This document shows positions 41,377-50,456 of a DNA stretch of 64,000 nucleotides, one piece after another (position 1 is the stretch's first letter; every line of letters begins with the position of its first letter). Position numbers and translations under genes: made by a program. The DNA is from an uncultured Chlamydiales bacterium. GTDB taxonomy: Bacteria > Chlamydiota > Chlamydiia > Chlamydiales > JAAKFR01. The stretch is from assembly GCA_963699155.1 (NCBI GenBank), contig OY969414.1, positions 2,335,327 through 2,399,326 on the forward strand, in the 5' to 3' direction. The notes beneath the pieces were generated by a model. The model was not told where the DNA came from, did no database searches, and saw only the letters and a list, made by a program, of their open reading frames with translations.

Positions 41377-42694
41377 TCCGTCTCTCCTGCTGGAAGTAGG
41401 TTTGGGAAGCGCCAATCACCTCTTTGGACAGTTTGGCGATGCCGATCAAATTGATCACTACCATGAGAGATAGGGCAACGTCGGCTAAAATCCAAACAAA
41501 ATCGACATGGAGGATCGCTCCTACAGGAATGAGACAGATATAGAGAAGTTGAAATGGGCGGATATAATTTTGGCCAAAGAGGAAACCCACCGCCCTCTCG
41601 AGACAGCTCGCCCAAGCCAACGCTGTGGTGTAGCCGAAGAGTACGAGAGCGATGATCACCACCAAAGAGCCCCAAGGCTCACCGACTCCGCTATTGAATG
41701 CATGAGCCACCATATTGGTGCTTTTCAGATCAGAGAGACCATAAGCACCCGTAATCATCAGCACAAGGGCTGTAGTGGTGCAGACGATCATCACCATAAA
41801 TGGAGAGACTAGCGCTACGATCCCAACGGTGACAGGGTCTTTGGTACGCGAACCCGCTTGGAGAATGGGGACGATGCCAGTCCCTGCATCTGTTGCGAAA
41901 ATGGCCCTATCGAAGCCTGTTGTTAAGGCTTGCATGACGCCGTAGCCTAAAACACCACCAGCAAGCGAAGCTCCACCAAAAGCGGAGTGGAATACCAGCT
42001 TCAATGCAGGGATAATCTCTTCAGAATAGCTCACTAAAATAATGAGGGCAGTTCCCAGATAGAGAACCGCCATCAGCGGCACCACAGCCGAAGAGACTTT
42101 GGCCACCCGCTGCATGCCACCTAAGATCACGAGCCCCACAAAGAGGGCGATGACGACCCCCATCAACAAAGGATGGAAACCCATTTTAGCGAGGGGCAAA
42201 GCCATCGAGTTGACCTGCGCCAGATTGCCCACGGTAAAGGCCCCAAAGATGGTGCAGAGGGAAAAAACGATGGCGAGATTCTTATATTTGAGGCCATCGC
42301 GCAGGTAGTACATCGGCCCACCCACAAACTCTCCCTCACGGTTTTTTTGGCGGTACTTCACCCCCAGAATGCAACTGGCATATTGGATCGCCGCACCAAA
42401 GAAGGCCATTACCCACATCCAGACTAGGGCGCCAGGTCCTCCTGTGGCCAAGGCGATCGCCATGCCAGAAATGTTTCCCGTCCCAAAATTTCCCGCCAAC
42501 ACCGATGCCACAGCTTGATAGTGAGAAATGTCCCCTTCTGCACCTTTCTCTTTTTTCTTGAAGAGATGCGTAAAGCTCAACACCAATTTTGAGACTTGAA
42601 CACAGCGAAGCCGCCATGAGAGAAAGAGTCCCAGCAACAAGATAAAAGGGAAAACAAGATAGAGGGTGAAAAAACTGTTGAGGAGTCTAAGCAA
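41363..42694 (-). CDS. alanine/glycine:cation symporter (AgcS/DagA family)
   Basis: GNFGTGNISG, GGPGALVWMW, GGPMYYL, VCTTTA. Confidence 0.92.
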   Translation of the reverse strand: MLRLLNSFFTLYLVFPFILLLGLFLSWRLRCVQVSKLVLSFTHLFKKKEKGAEGDISHYQAVASVLAGNFGTGNISGMAIALATGGPGALVWMWVMAFFGAAIQYASCILGVKYRQKNREGEFVGGPMYYLRDGLKYKNLAIVFSLCTIFGAFTVGNLAQVNSMALPLAKMGFHPLLMGVVIALFVGLVILGGMQRVAKVSSAVVPLMAVLYLGTALIILVSYSEEIIPALKLVFHSAFGGASLAGGVLGYGVMQALTTGFDRAIFATDAGTGIVPILQAGSRTKDPVTVGIVALVSPFMVMIVCTTTALVLMITGAYGLSDLKSTNMVAHAFNSGVGEPWGSLVVIIALVLFGYTTALAWASCLERAVGFLFGQNYIRPFQLLYICLIPVGAILHVDFVWILADVALSLMVVINLIGIAKLSKEVIGASQTYFQQERRSEII

Positions 42695-42801
42695 AATATA
42701 CTTAAGTCGTTAAAGATTAAAAATTTTTAAAAAATATTCTAGTCTTTCCGTTAAATAAAAACAACTGTATAATTTTTTTCAAATAACGAAAAAAGGTTTA
42801 T

Positions 42802-43248
42802 ATGGCAGCCGTTCCTCCTGCAACATCACCGGGTTGGTTTGATTCGTTCAAGGCGCATGGTAGGACATTCATCGAACTGATGGGTTGCGCTGAAGCGAAA
42901 GAACCGGTAACCGAAGAGACGCTCAAAAAAGAGTTTTATGCTGTCATGGGCACAGGAATTATCTCCTGCGTACTCCTTCTCATTGGATTGATCGGCCAGC
43001 TCGGGCTCTTCCCGATGGGAGGCTCAGCCGGCTCAACCCTCACCTTTATCGGCGGAGGAGGCCTCCTGATTACAGCCTACGCCGCCTATCGCCACTGGAA
43101 AAAGGTGAAAACCTTCGAAACTGCAGAAGTGGAGCGGCTCGCCCAAGCGGCCTCCTCCCAACCAGGCCTCGCCGGCCAAGCAGCCCAGCAGGTAGCCGGT
43201 TTCTTCAGCAACCGCTTTGCCGGCTTTCGCAACATCTGGCCTTTTTAA
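42802..43248 (+). CDS. Inc-like membrane protein
   Basis: Central bilobed hydrophobic segment with a Gly-rich turn. Confidence 0.6.
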   Translation: MAAVPPATSPGWFDSFKAHGRTFIELMGCAEAKEPVTEETLKKEFYAVMGTGIISCVLLLIGLIGQLGLFPMGGSAGSTLTFIGGGGLLITAYAAYRHWKKVKTFETAEVERLAQAASSQPGLAGQAAQQVAGFFSNRFAGFRNIWPF

Positions 43249-43641
43249 AATTCTGCGTCAAGATTCAACGCAAAGACGCCAAGACGCAGAGACACAAAGA
43301 AGGGTAGGGCGCTTCGCGTAGCTCTGCATTTTCAGGTTCTGTCAAATAGTATGGGGCGCTTCGCGTAGCTCTGCATTTTCAGGTTCTGTCAAATAGTATG
43401 GGGCGCTTCGCGTAGCTCTGCATTTTCAGGTTCTGTCAAATAGTATGGGGCGCTTCGCGTAGCTCTGCATTTTCAGGTTCTGTCAAATAGTATGGGGCGC
43501 TTCGCGTAGCTCTGCATTTTCAGGTTCTGTCAAATAGTATGGGGCGCTTCGCGTACCCTTCTTCTTCGTGTCTCTGCGTCTTTGTGTCTTTGCGTTGAAT
43601 CTTGACGCAGAATTTGGACGCAGAATTTGGACGCAGAATTT
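43247..43641. repeat. palindromic REP-like element with a 47-bp x5 tandem insert and a 13-bp terminal triplication
   Basis: Arms aaattctgcgtcaagattcaacgcaaagacgccaagacgcagagacac / gtgtctctgcgtctttgtgtctttgcgttgaatcttgacgcagaattt; gcttcgcgta at 43311, 43358, 43405, 43452, 43499 and 43546. Confidence 0.95.
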
Positions 43642-44351
43642 TAGTCGTCAAATCTGTCCTGGTCGCCCTTGCGAGGGATATGCTCGATCAAGAGAGTGAC
43701 AAACTTACCCCAGTCCTGTGATTTGTAGGCGGGTAGGATCAGATTGATATTGATCTTGACGGTATTGGAAAAGTGGCTGACAAACTCATGTTTCATGTTC
43801 CCAATCTCTGCCTCTGTACTCAGGGCTTTTTTGATTCCGCCGATAAAGGGATTCCATACAAAGCCACTACGTCCTTGAATGATTTTGATGCAGGCTTTCA
43901 ATTTTTCATCTGTAAAGACTGTCATCAAAAAGCGTAAGGGATGGATATGATCGATCCGATCACCAGCTGCTTCGAGATCGGACTGAAGTGCAGCGAGTGA
44001 GAAATAAGTTTCTTCGGCGAGTTTCGTGACAATATAGCGGATATCCTCACTCTCTTGACGAGAGATTTCGGCGCTGTAGTTACGAGGATAGCCTAAATAG
44101 CCCCCTTTAGCCGCAAATTTATGGCACCATCTACGCGGATTGGGCTGATCATTGAATTCGATGATATAAGGCTTTCTTCTGCCATCGGAAAGGGCGATGA
44201 TTTTTTCTTCCAAATCAGCCAAACGCTCCTGTGGATCAACTTCTATAAAATAGGTTTCTCCATCGGAAGTATTGACCATGACCTCATCAGCGGTGATGGG
44301 TAAGAGGGTGGTTAGCAGAAGAGAGATGATTAAGAAGCGATTGTTTTTCAT
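43641..44351 (-). CDS. exported hypothetical protein
   Basis: Signal peptide, RBS ggagg; the GDRIDHIHPLRFL block resembles Chlamydiae hypothetical proteins (from memory). Confidence 0.7.
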   Translation of the reverse strand: MKNNRFLIISLLLTTLLPITADEVMVNTSDGETYFIEVDPQERLADLEEKIIALSDGRRKPYIIEFNDQPNPRRWCHKFAAKGGYLGYPRNYSAEISRQESEDIRYIVTKLAEETYFSLAALQSDLEAAGDRIDHIHPLRFLMTVFTDEKLKACIKIIQGRSGFVWNPFIGGIKKALSTEAEIGNMKHEFVSHFSNTVKININLILPAYKSQDWGKFVTLLIEHIPRKGDQDRFDD

Positions 44352-44447
44352 GCGGATCCTCCAATGTCACATTAATTTTAAATAAAGATTTAGCATGCGG
44401 AAAAAATATTCTCAAGTTTAAATTTGCCTTAAGGCATATAAGGCTTT

Positions 44448-45248
44448 GTGAGGCATAACACTCTCTTGCGATATTTGGGAAAGATAGGGGCGTTCGTTTT
44501 TTGCCTTTTTTTGCTTTTGGGTTTTGTGGAAGCGGGAGTCTGCTATCCCAATTTCCTTGCACTTGGACCGGAGTTCTACTTGTTGAAGCGTACACGTGAT
44601 GGGGGTGCTAAACAAGATGGATGGATTATAGGTGGACGCATCAGCTACGATCGCATCAAGCCGTATAGACTCTACTTAGGGGGCGATTTTCTCTATGCTA
44701 CAGGAAAACTCACAGGGAAAACGGCGACAGGAAAAGAGATGCTCAGCTCCTTGACTGATGAAAATGGCGAAGTGAGAATTGGAATCACATTGCAACAGGA
44801 AGGTGGGCGCTGTTTTTTCATTGTTCCTTTTGTAGGCTATGGCTTCTTTAGAGAAACGAACGACTTTTTCCCCCCTTCTCCTCTCCCTTGTAAATTTACT
44901 GATTGCTTTCACTATGCAGCTGCCGGTTTTTTGTCTGGAGTGAATTTCACACCTTTGCTAAGTATGGGAATTAATTTTAGATTGCGTTTTATGCAGGATG
45001 GGAGATCTGAAGTTTCTGAAGACCCTATATACAATGAGGTGACATTGCGTATGGAAAATGAAATTCATGCACGTGTCGAAATCCCCCTTCTCTACTCCCC
45101 TTGCAGAGGCAGTAGAGGGGCTTGCTTTTTAGCCTCGCCTTTCTTTGAGTACCGCCATTTTGGCGGCCGAGAAGGCTTTCCTTTTAATTTTAAAGACACA
45201 CAATTTTATTTATATGGAGCACGCTTAGCGTTCACTTATAGATTTTGA
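44448..45248 (+). CDS. outer membrane beta-barrel protein
   Basis: Signal-like N-terminus, alternating aromatic strands, C-terminal ARLAFTYRF Bam signal. Confidence 0.7.
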   Translation: MRHNTLLRYLGKIGAFVFCLFLLLGFVEAGVCYPNFLALGPEFYLLKRTRDGGAKQDGWIIGGRISYDRIKPYRLYLGGDFLYATGKLTGKTATGKEMLSSLTDENGEVRIGITLQQEGGRCFFIVPFVGYGFFRETNDFFPPSPLPCKFTDCFHYAAAGFLSGVNFTPLLSMGINFRLRFMQDGRSEVSEDPIYNEVTLRMENEIHARVEIPLLYSPCRGSRGACFLASPFFEYRHFGGREGFPFNFKDTQFYLYGARLAFTYRF

Positions 45249-45265
45249 AAAAATGGTAAGGATGA

Positions 45266-46351
45266 ATGGGAAGTTTTTATTCACGATTGAGCTATAGCTT
45301 TGGCAATGAAGATTGGAATACAGAACATAAAGCGTTGCAAATTCGACCCACCGATAGTGTCCTCTGTGTCACTGCGAGCGGTGATAGGCCGCTCAATCTG
45401 TTGACTAGAGAACTTAGGGACCTAATTGCGGTTGATGCGAACCCTTTGCAAAATGCTCTTTTTGATCTTAAACGGGTGGCTCTTTCAACGCTTTCCTTTG
45501 AAGAGTACTTACGCTTCTTAGGGGTCTCCCCTTCAAAAGAGAGGCTCAAGACCTACTCTCAGATCGAAAAGGGGTTGGATCCGATGTCGAGCGCGCTCTG
45601 GGAACTTCTACCTAAGAAAATTGAAAAAGGGATTCTCTACGAAGGCTCTGTGGAGAAGTTATTGAAGTTTACCTCCAAAGCGATCCGTACTCTTCGCGGC
45701 AAGCAGAAAGTGGATCGTCTTTTTGGCCATACGGATCTGGAACAGCAGAAAGAGTTCTTAAGGGAAGAGTGGCACACCTTTTTCTGGAAAAAGGCCTTCG
45801 ATATCGCCCTGCACCCAACGCTCACAAGGACCTTTGTCAAAGATCCAGGACTCTACGAGCATGTTGACTCAAATATCCATGTAGGGAAGCAGCTCTACGC
45901 CAGAATTCACAATTACCTCGACCACCATTTAGCAAGAGAGAGCCTTCTTTTATCTTTGATTTTCAACGGGAAGGTCGATCCTCACTATTTCCCTCCCTAT
46001 CTCCAAAAAGAGGGGGTCCATCAAATCAAGAGACAGGTAAACAAAACTCAATTCCACACCGATGACCTTGTCTCCTATGTCACGAAGGCCCCGTCAAACT
46101 CTTTTGACTGTTTCTCAGTCTCAGATGTGGCTTCCTACATAGGGAAAGAGGACTTCAACCGACTTGTCGAGGGGATTTTCCGCTGTGCGAAACCAGGTGC
46201 TCGGTATTGCATCCGCCAATTTTTGAGCAATCATCAAATTCCAGCCCATCTCAAACCCCACTTCAAGCGCAATACTCAATTAGATCAAGAGCTGCAGGCG
46301 GAAGATCGCTGCTGCGTCTATACCTTTATGACTGGAGTGATTGAGAAGTAG
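45266..46351 (+). CDS. DUF3419 / BtaA-like SAM-dependent 3-amino-3-carboxypropyl transferase
   Basis: YSFGNED..E..AL, LCVTASGDRPL, VDANPLQ..L..LK, FSVSDVASY, EDR..VY. Confidence 0.8.
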   Translation: MGSFYSRLSYSFGNEDWNTEHKALQIRPTDSVLCVTASGDRPLNLLTRELRDLIAVDANPLQNALFDLKRVALSTLSFEEYLRFLGVSPSKERLKTYSQIEKGLDPMSSALWELLPKKIEKGILYEGSVEKLLKFTSKAIRTLRGKQKVDRLFGHTDLEQQKEFLREEWHTFFWKKAFDIALHPTLTRTFVKDPGLYEHVDSNIHVGKQLYARIHNYLDHHLARESLLLSLIFNGKVDPHYFPPYLQKEGVHQIKRQVNKTQFHTDDLVSYVTKAPSNSFDCFSVSDVASYIGKEDFNRLVEGIFRCAKPGARYCIRQFLSNHQIPAHLKPHFKRNTQLDQELQAEDRCCVYTFMTGVIEK

Positions 46352-47468
46352 GCTGTAACTTACGCATAGCTAATTCAGCCATTCCCCAGAATAGACGTCG
46401 ATGGAGCGGCAGATGGCGGTCATACAAGGCAACATATTCTGGAAAGGTCTTCATTCCACGATACTGTTTAGGGGCCTCCCCCCCTGAGCCATCATTCAAA
46501 ATCGTTCCTCGCGATTCTGCTTCTTCGATCGCTAAGATCGTCAGCATGCGGTAGAGGTGATTTGCCTCTTTTTGTGAGAAGTCATAGCCACAAAAAGGGG
46601 CGATCAAAGTACCTTGCCTCTCATGAAAACCGATCACTCCCTGGATCTCTCCCTCTTTTTTAAGACCCACCAGATTCATAAACTTCTTCTGGAGAGCCTC
46701 CTTGAGATACTTTTCAGTATATTGAGGACTAAAGATGGTGTGACGGTCTAAATAGAGCGATTTATAGAGTTCCATCACTCGGCGCCCCTCTTGAGGAGGA
46801 ACTTGGTCATAGCGGATGATCTCAAACCCTTCTGCATCGATCAATTTTCTATCCCGCCGATGGTGATAGAGGACCTTAGAAGAGAAGCTCGCTTTCTCCT
46901 GGGGGTCATAGATACAGACATGGCGGGCATAAAAGAGGCGGTAGCGGTGGTTTGCAAGGTTTTCGACAAGCTCTTGGCATTTTCGCAAGTTCAAGCTGCG
47001 AAAGAGAAGGGCGTGATCGGGGAACATCGCTGTCAAAAATCGGGTCACCTCATCGATCATTTCAGATGAGAGGGAGGGATAAATGTTGGTGGTTAAGAGC
47101 CAATTATTGACGATGATTGACTTATTGATCTTGATCCCTTTGAGAAGGTATCCTGCGCTTTGAATCACTCTTTTTTTGACACTTTTGAAAAGTGAGGGAT
47201 TCTGACTCAATTTCTCTTCGAGATACTTGATGGGAAAGTAGTTTGAGGTCAAATAGGAGTTCTCATATTCCCGCGCATTGATCGTGATCGGAATCACTTG
47301 ATCGTCGACAAGAAGGAGAGAGAGCTGCGTCTCCACATTACTGATAAATGATTTCACCCCCTCCCGGATCATTGGTAAGAGGAAAGTGCGTGCCTGGTCA
47401 GCCTCTTGGGTCTTGGGCCAAGGAAGTTGGTCGATATTGTCTCTATCGTAAAAACGGATCTGAACCAT
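46326..47468 (-). CDS. GNAT/FemAB-like fold protein, paralog of 61923..63083
   Basis: NNWLLTTN.YP, FRSLN, APFCGYD, LYRML; family assignment tentative. Confidence 0.6.
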   Translation of the reverse strand: MVQIRFYDRDNIDQLPWPKTQEADQARTFLLPMIREGVKSFISNVETQLSLLLVDDQVIPITINAREYENSYLTSNYFPIKYLEEKLSQNPSLFKSVKKRVIQSAGYLLKGIKINKSIIVNNWLLTTNIYPSLSSEMIDEVTRFLTAMFPDHALLFRSLNLRKCQELVENLANHRYRLFYARHVCIYDPQEKASFSSKVLYHHRRDRKLIDAEGFEIIRYDQVPPQEGRRVMELYKSLYLDRHTIFSPQYTEKYLKEALQKKFMNLVGLKKEGEIQGVIGFHERQGTLIAPFCGYDFSQKEANHLYRMLTILAIEEAESRGTILNDGSGGEAPKQYRGMKTFPEYVALYDRHLPLHRRLFWGMAELAMRKLQPTSQSLQS

Positions 47469-47498
47469 GCTCCATCAAGGAGCAAAAGTCATGCCAGC

Positions 47499-47888
47499 TT
47501 ATTGATAATCTAACCGTCTTACAACAGTGGTATGCCTGGGCGAAAGGGGTTGCAGAAAGTTGTCTTTATGGATTTGACAGCTCCAGGCCAAGAGTCCCAA
47601 GAGAAAAAGTAGACAGCCGCCACTGATCATGACAAAACTATTCACCTCGCCGATCGTGCTCAAATTGTTGGCGGTGTCAGTGGGCATCCATCCCCTGGAG
47701 GCCATCAAAGCAAGAATCCCGATGATGACAAGGACAACAGCTAGCACGACAGTGACGACGACAAAAAATTTAAAGCAGAGAGAGGATTCATGCTTATTGA
47801 AAAATGATCCTTTGCGCCCGAATGCGCTATGCATAGGAGTGAGGGGGTCGATGATTCGATGTGGATTTTGAGGTGGAGCAAGTGACAT
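47499..47888 (-). CDS. Inc-like membrane protein
   Basis: FFVVVTVVLAVVLVIIGILALM...FVMISGGCLLFLLGLLAW; RBS aggagg. Confidence 0.6.
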   Translation of the reverse strand: MSLAPPQNPHRIIDPLTPMHSAFGRKGSFFNKHESSLCFKFFVVVTVVLAVVLVIIGILALMASRGWMPTDTANNLSTIGEVNSFVMISGGCLLFLLGLLAWSCQIHKDNFLQPLSPRHTTVVRRLDYQ

Positions 47889-47996
47889 ACACCATCTATC
47901 TTAACCTCCTTGCCAAAAACAATCAACGTGGGCTTGTGTTAAAAAATTTAAGCCGCTCGAATTAGTGCTCTATAAGCTTGATTTTTTAACAGAGCC

Positions 47997-48998
47997 TCAG
48001 CGTGTCAAAGAAACTAAGATCCGACGTTTTCCGTTAAATGGGGCTCTCCCATGCATCGCCAATAGGTTGTCTAGCACCATAAAGTCACCTTTTTGCCAAG
48101 GAAACTTGATCGTCTCCTTTTCCAAAATATCCATGACATGGTAGAGATCTGGGCGCGGGAGACGACTGCCATCTCCATAATAGATCTCATGCATGATGGT
48201 GTCTTTCTGCAGATAGAGGAGTTTGGTTCCTAGCCAATTCCAAAAGCCGAGAAGGCGTGGGCTATAATCGTAGAGATGGGCCTGATTAAACCAGACTCGT
48301 TCTCCCGTCTCCGGGTGAGCGATCACTGCAGGGGTCTCATAGATCACCTGAAGCCAATCTTTCTTTGTCCATTTATAGCCAAATTCGTTGGCGGCACAGA
48401 GCTTCTCGACATCTTTCTTGCTGCTGGTTTCAAAGGCATCCATCCAGGTCTTGTGGGCTCTTTGGAACTTATTGATCAGATCGAGCACCTTACTCTGGCT
48501 ATAAAAATTGGAAATATAGCGGAGACCTTTTTGAACGAATTGCTCTTTGATTCTGGGGTCGATGGATTTGTAGATCGCACGCGCATCAGCGATGATCGTT
48601 TCACCCCCTGTTGGAGAGGGAGTATCGCAGTAGAAATAGATATGGCGCGGATAGTATTTGATAAAGCTCATCTCATTGTGAAGAGGGATCATAAAGGAAG
48701 GTGGGGCCTCTGTTGAAGTGTATACCTTCCCTTTGACCTTATCCCGCGGTGTATCACCACCGATATAGTTTAAAGCTTTTCCTAATCCCAATGCGTCGAT
48801 GACCGCATTGAAGCCGTCGGCTCCCTCGATCGGAAAACCGCGAAAGAGAATTCCCCCAAAGCTGAGAAGCTTCTTCTTGATCGGCTCACGATTCTCTTTC
48901 AAGTAGTCAACGACTTGATCGAAAGAGAAGTTTTGAGAGGGTTCGATCACTAAGGGTAATTTCTGCTGATTGATAAATTTTGTCTGGATAGCGTTCAT
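47997..48998 (-). CDS. TauD/TfdA family Fe(II)/2-oxoglutarate dioxygenase (SyrP-like)
   Basis: GILFRGF, VYTSTE.P...IPLHNEMS, GGET.IAD, WFNQAHL, WQKGD...DN...HGR.PF.G.R. Confidence 0.9.
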   Translation of the reverse strand: MNAIQTKFINQQKLPLVIEPSQNFSFDQVVDYLKENREPIKKKLLSFGGILFRGFPIEGADGFNAVIDALGLGKALNYIGGDTPRDKVKGKVYTSTEAPPSFMIPLHNEMSFIKYYPRHIYFYCDTPSPTGGETIIADARAIYKSIDPRIKEQFVQKGLRYISNFYSQSKVLDLINKFQRAHKTWMDAFETSSKKDVEKLCAANEFGYKWTKKDWLQVIYETPAVIAHPETGERVWFNQAHLYDYSPRLLGFWNWLGTKLLYLQKDTIMHEIYYGDGSRLPRPDLYHVMDILEKETIKFPWQKGDFMVLDNLLAMHGRAPFNGKRRILVSLTR

Positions 48999-49057
48999 GT
49001 CTTGAACCTATACCGCACCTAAAAAAGTTTGCAACAAAAATTACAAAAATCCAAAAC

Positions 49058-49342
49058 TCAGGTTAGAAAGTTGCGGTAGTCGGTTTCAAAAATGTCGCCG
49101 AAATGTTTCGCCGTAGGAAGTGGAATCGGATATTCGCCCTTTTCCATCGTTTCGATAGTGTGAGGATCGAAACCTACTTTCTCAGCTAGCTGTGAAACAG
49201 ACCAGCCATCTCTTTCACGAAATTTGCGTAAAACAGCACCCCCCTCTTCTACATCTGCTGAGAACTCGTTGATCTCTTCTTGAAGAACTTTTTCTCTGGG
49301 AGGGAGTAAAGGAACATGTCGAGAGCGCAATAACTTAGTCAT
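49058..49342 (-). CDS. XRE-family helix-turn-helix protein
   Basis: GAVLRKFRERDGWSVSQLAEKVG...MEKG; RBS aggagg. Confidence 0.82.
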   Translation of the reverse strand: MTKLLRSRHVPLLPPREKVLQEEINEFSADVEEGGAVLRKFRERDGWSVSQLAEKVGFDPHTIETMEKGEYPIPLPTAKHFGDIFETDYRNFLT

Positions 49343-49457
49343 AAATACCTCCTTTTTATTTATTATAGTCTATAAAAAATTCATTATCAATGATTTAAGG
49401 AATTTTAATCTTTCTCTCTTCCCAAAATCTAAAATTTTTCTTATAGAGCTGGAGAAG

Positions 49458-50456
49458 ATGAGCCTCTTTAAAAACGTCTGCTTCGTATCCATTCTGCTTT
49501 TGTCAGCCTCATTGGGGGTTGCAAACCCTGAAACCCACTGTCTCGCTTTCCAAGGCGCTCTCCTCTATTGGACTCCCTGTTATGATGACAGCTATTTCGT
49601 CATCAATGGATCTGGAGTAACTGGTACGAAACAGCCCACACCCAATGGAAAACGGGTCCACAACTGCCCTGCTCACCAACTCGGTTTTCGTTTAGAAGGC
49701 ATTTATGGTTATCACAATTGTGTCGATTTTAGAGCGAGGTGGAGTCACCTCCTATCAAAAAGTCACAAGAAGGTGACTAAGGAGAGCTCGCCACCGCAGT
49801 TATGGCCAATCGCAACGATACCCAGCAACACCGACATCCCTGAGCCCTATGCTGGAGAGGCCAGTTCTCATATTACTCTAATGTGGAATAAGGGAGAGGT
49901 CTTGGCAGATGAGACAGTTTATCACTTAAGAAGTCTCTATTTTCAGTTAAGGGAAGGCATAGAATGGAGCTACATCCGTAATCTGGAAAAGATTATTTAT
50001 CAGCCTGACAATAGCCCCAGCGAGAAAATCACTTTTCACGGCCATACCAAAGGGATTGGTCCCCAGCTGGGCTTTTTGATCTTCTTTGCTCCTGAGGAGA
50101 TCTGGAGCTGGTATCCCAAAAATTGCTTCTTCAAATTGATGTCAACAGCAACGCTACTTGCTGCTAACACAAAGACCAAAATCCGTGCGATCGATACCTT
50201 TGGAGCAAATAATAAAATCACGCAGTGCTCATTCTGGCGTCTCATTTCCGAATGGCATTTCAGTTTTGGCATCGATTATACCCTCTGTTTTCCATTTGTC
50301 AGCTCGAATTTTGAGCTAGCATATGAGCTGACACGCTACCCTCGGGGCGTCTCCAAATTGATCTTCGATGAGGCTGCAAACCCTGGCCACTCCTTCAACA
50401 ATTACAGCGACTTTTACCTCTATGGGATCACCTTAAGTTGGACACTACTGTTTTAG
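49458..50456 (+). CDS. Lpg1974/MOMP-like outer membrane porin
   Basis: Signal peptide, LLYWTP, GFRLEG.Y, GIGPQLG, C-terminal LYGITLSWTLLF. Confidence 0.65.
   Translation: MSLFKNVCFVSILLLSASLGVANPETHCLAFQGALLYWTPCYDDSYFVINGSGVTGTKQPTPNGKRVHNCPAHQLGFRLEGIYGYHNCVDFRARWSHLLSKSHKKVTKESSPPQLWPIATIPSNTDIPEPYAGEASSHITLMWNKGEVLADETVYHLRSLYFQLREGIEWSYIRNLEKIIYQPDNSPSEKITFHGHTKGIGPQLGFLIFFAPEEIWSWYPKNCFFKLMSTATLLAANTKTKIRAIDTFGANNKITQCSFWRLISEWHFSFGIDYTLCFPFVSSNFELAYELTRYPRGVSKLIFDEAANPGHSFNNYSDFYLYGITLSWTLLF

Noticed and set aside
49058..49342. Toxin-antitoxin module
   Set aside because: The XRE gene has no adjacent small toxin ORF.
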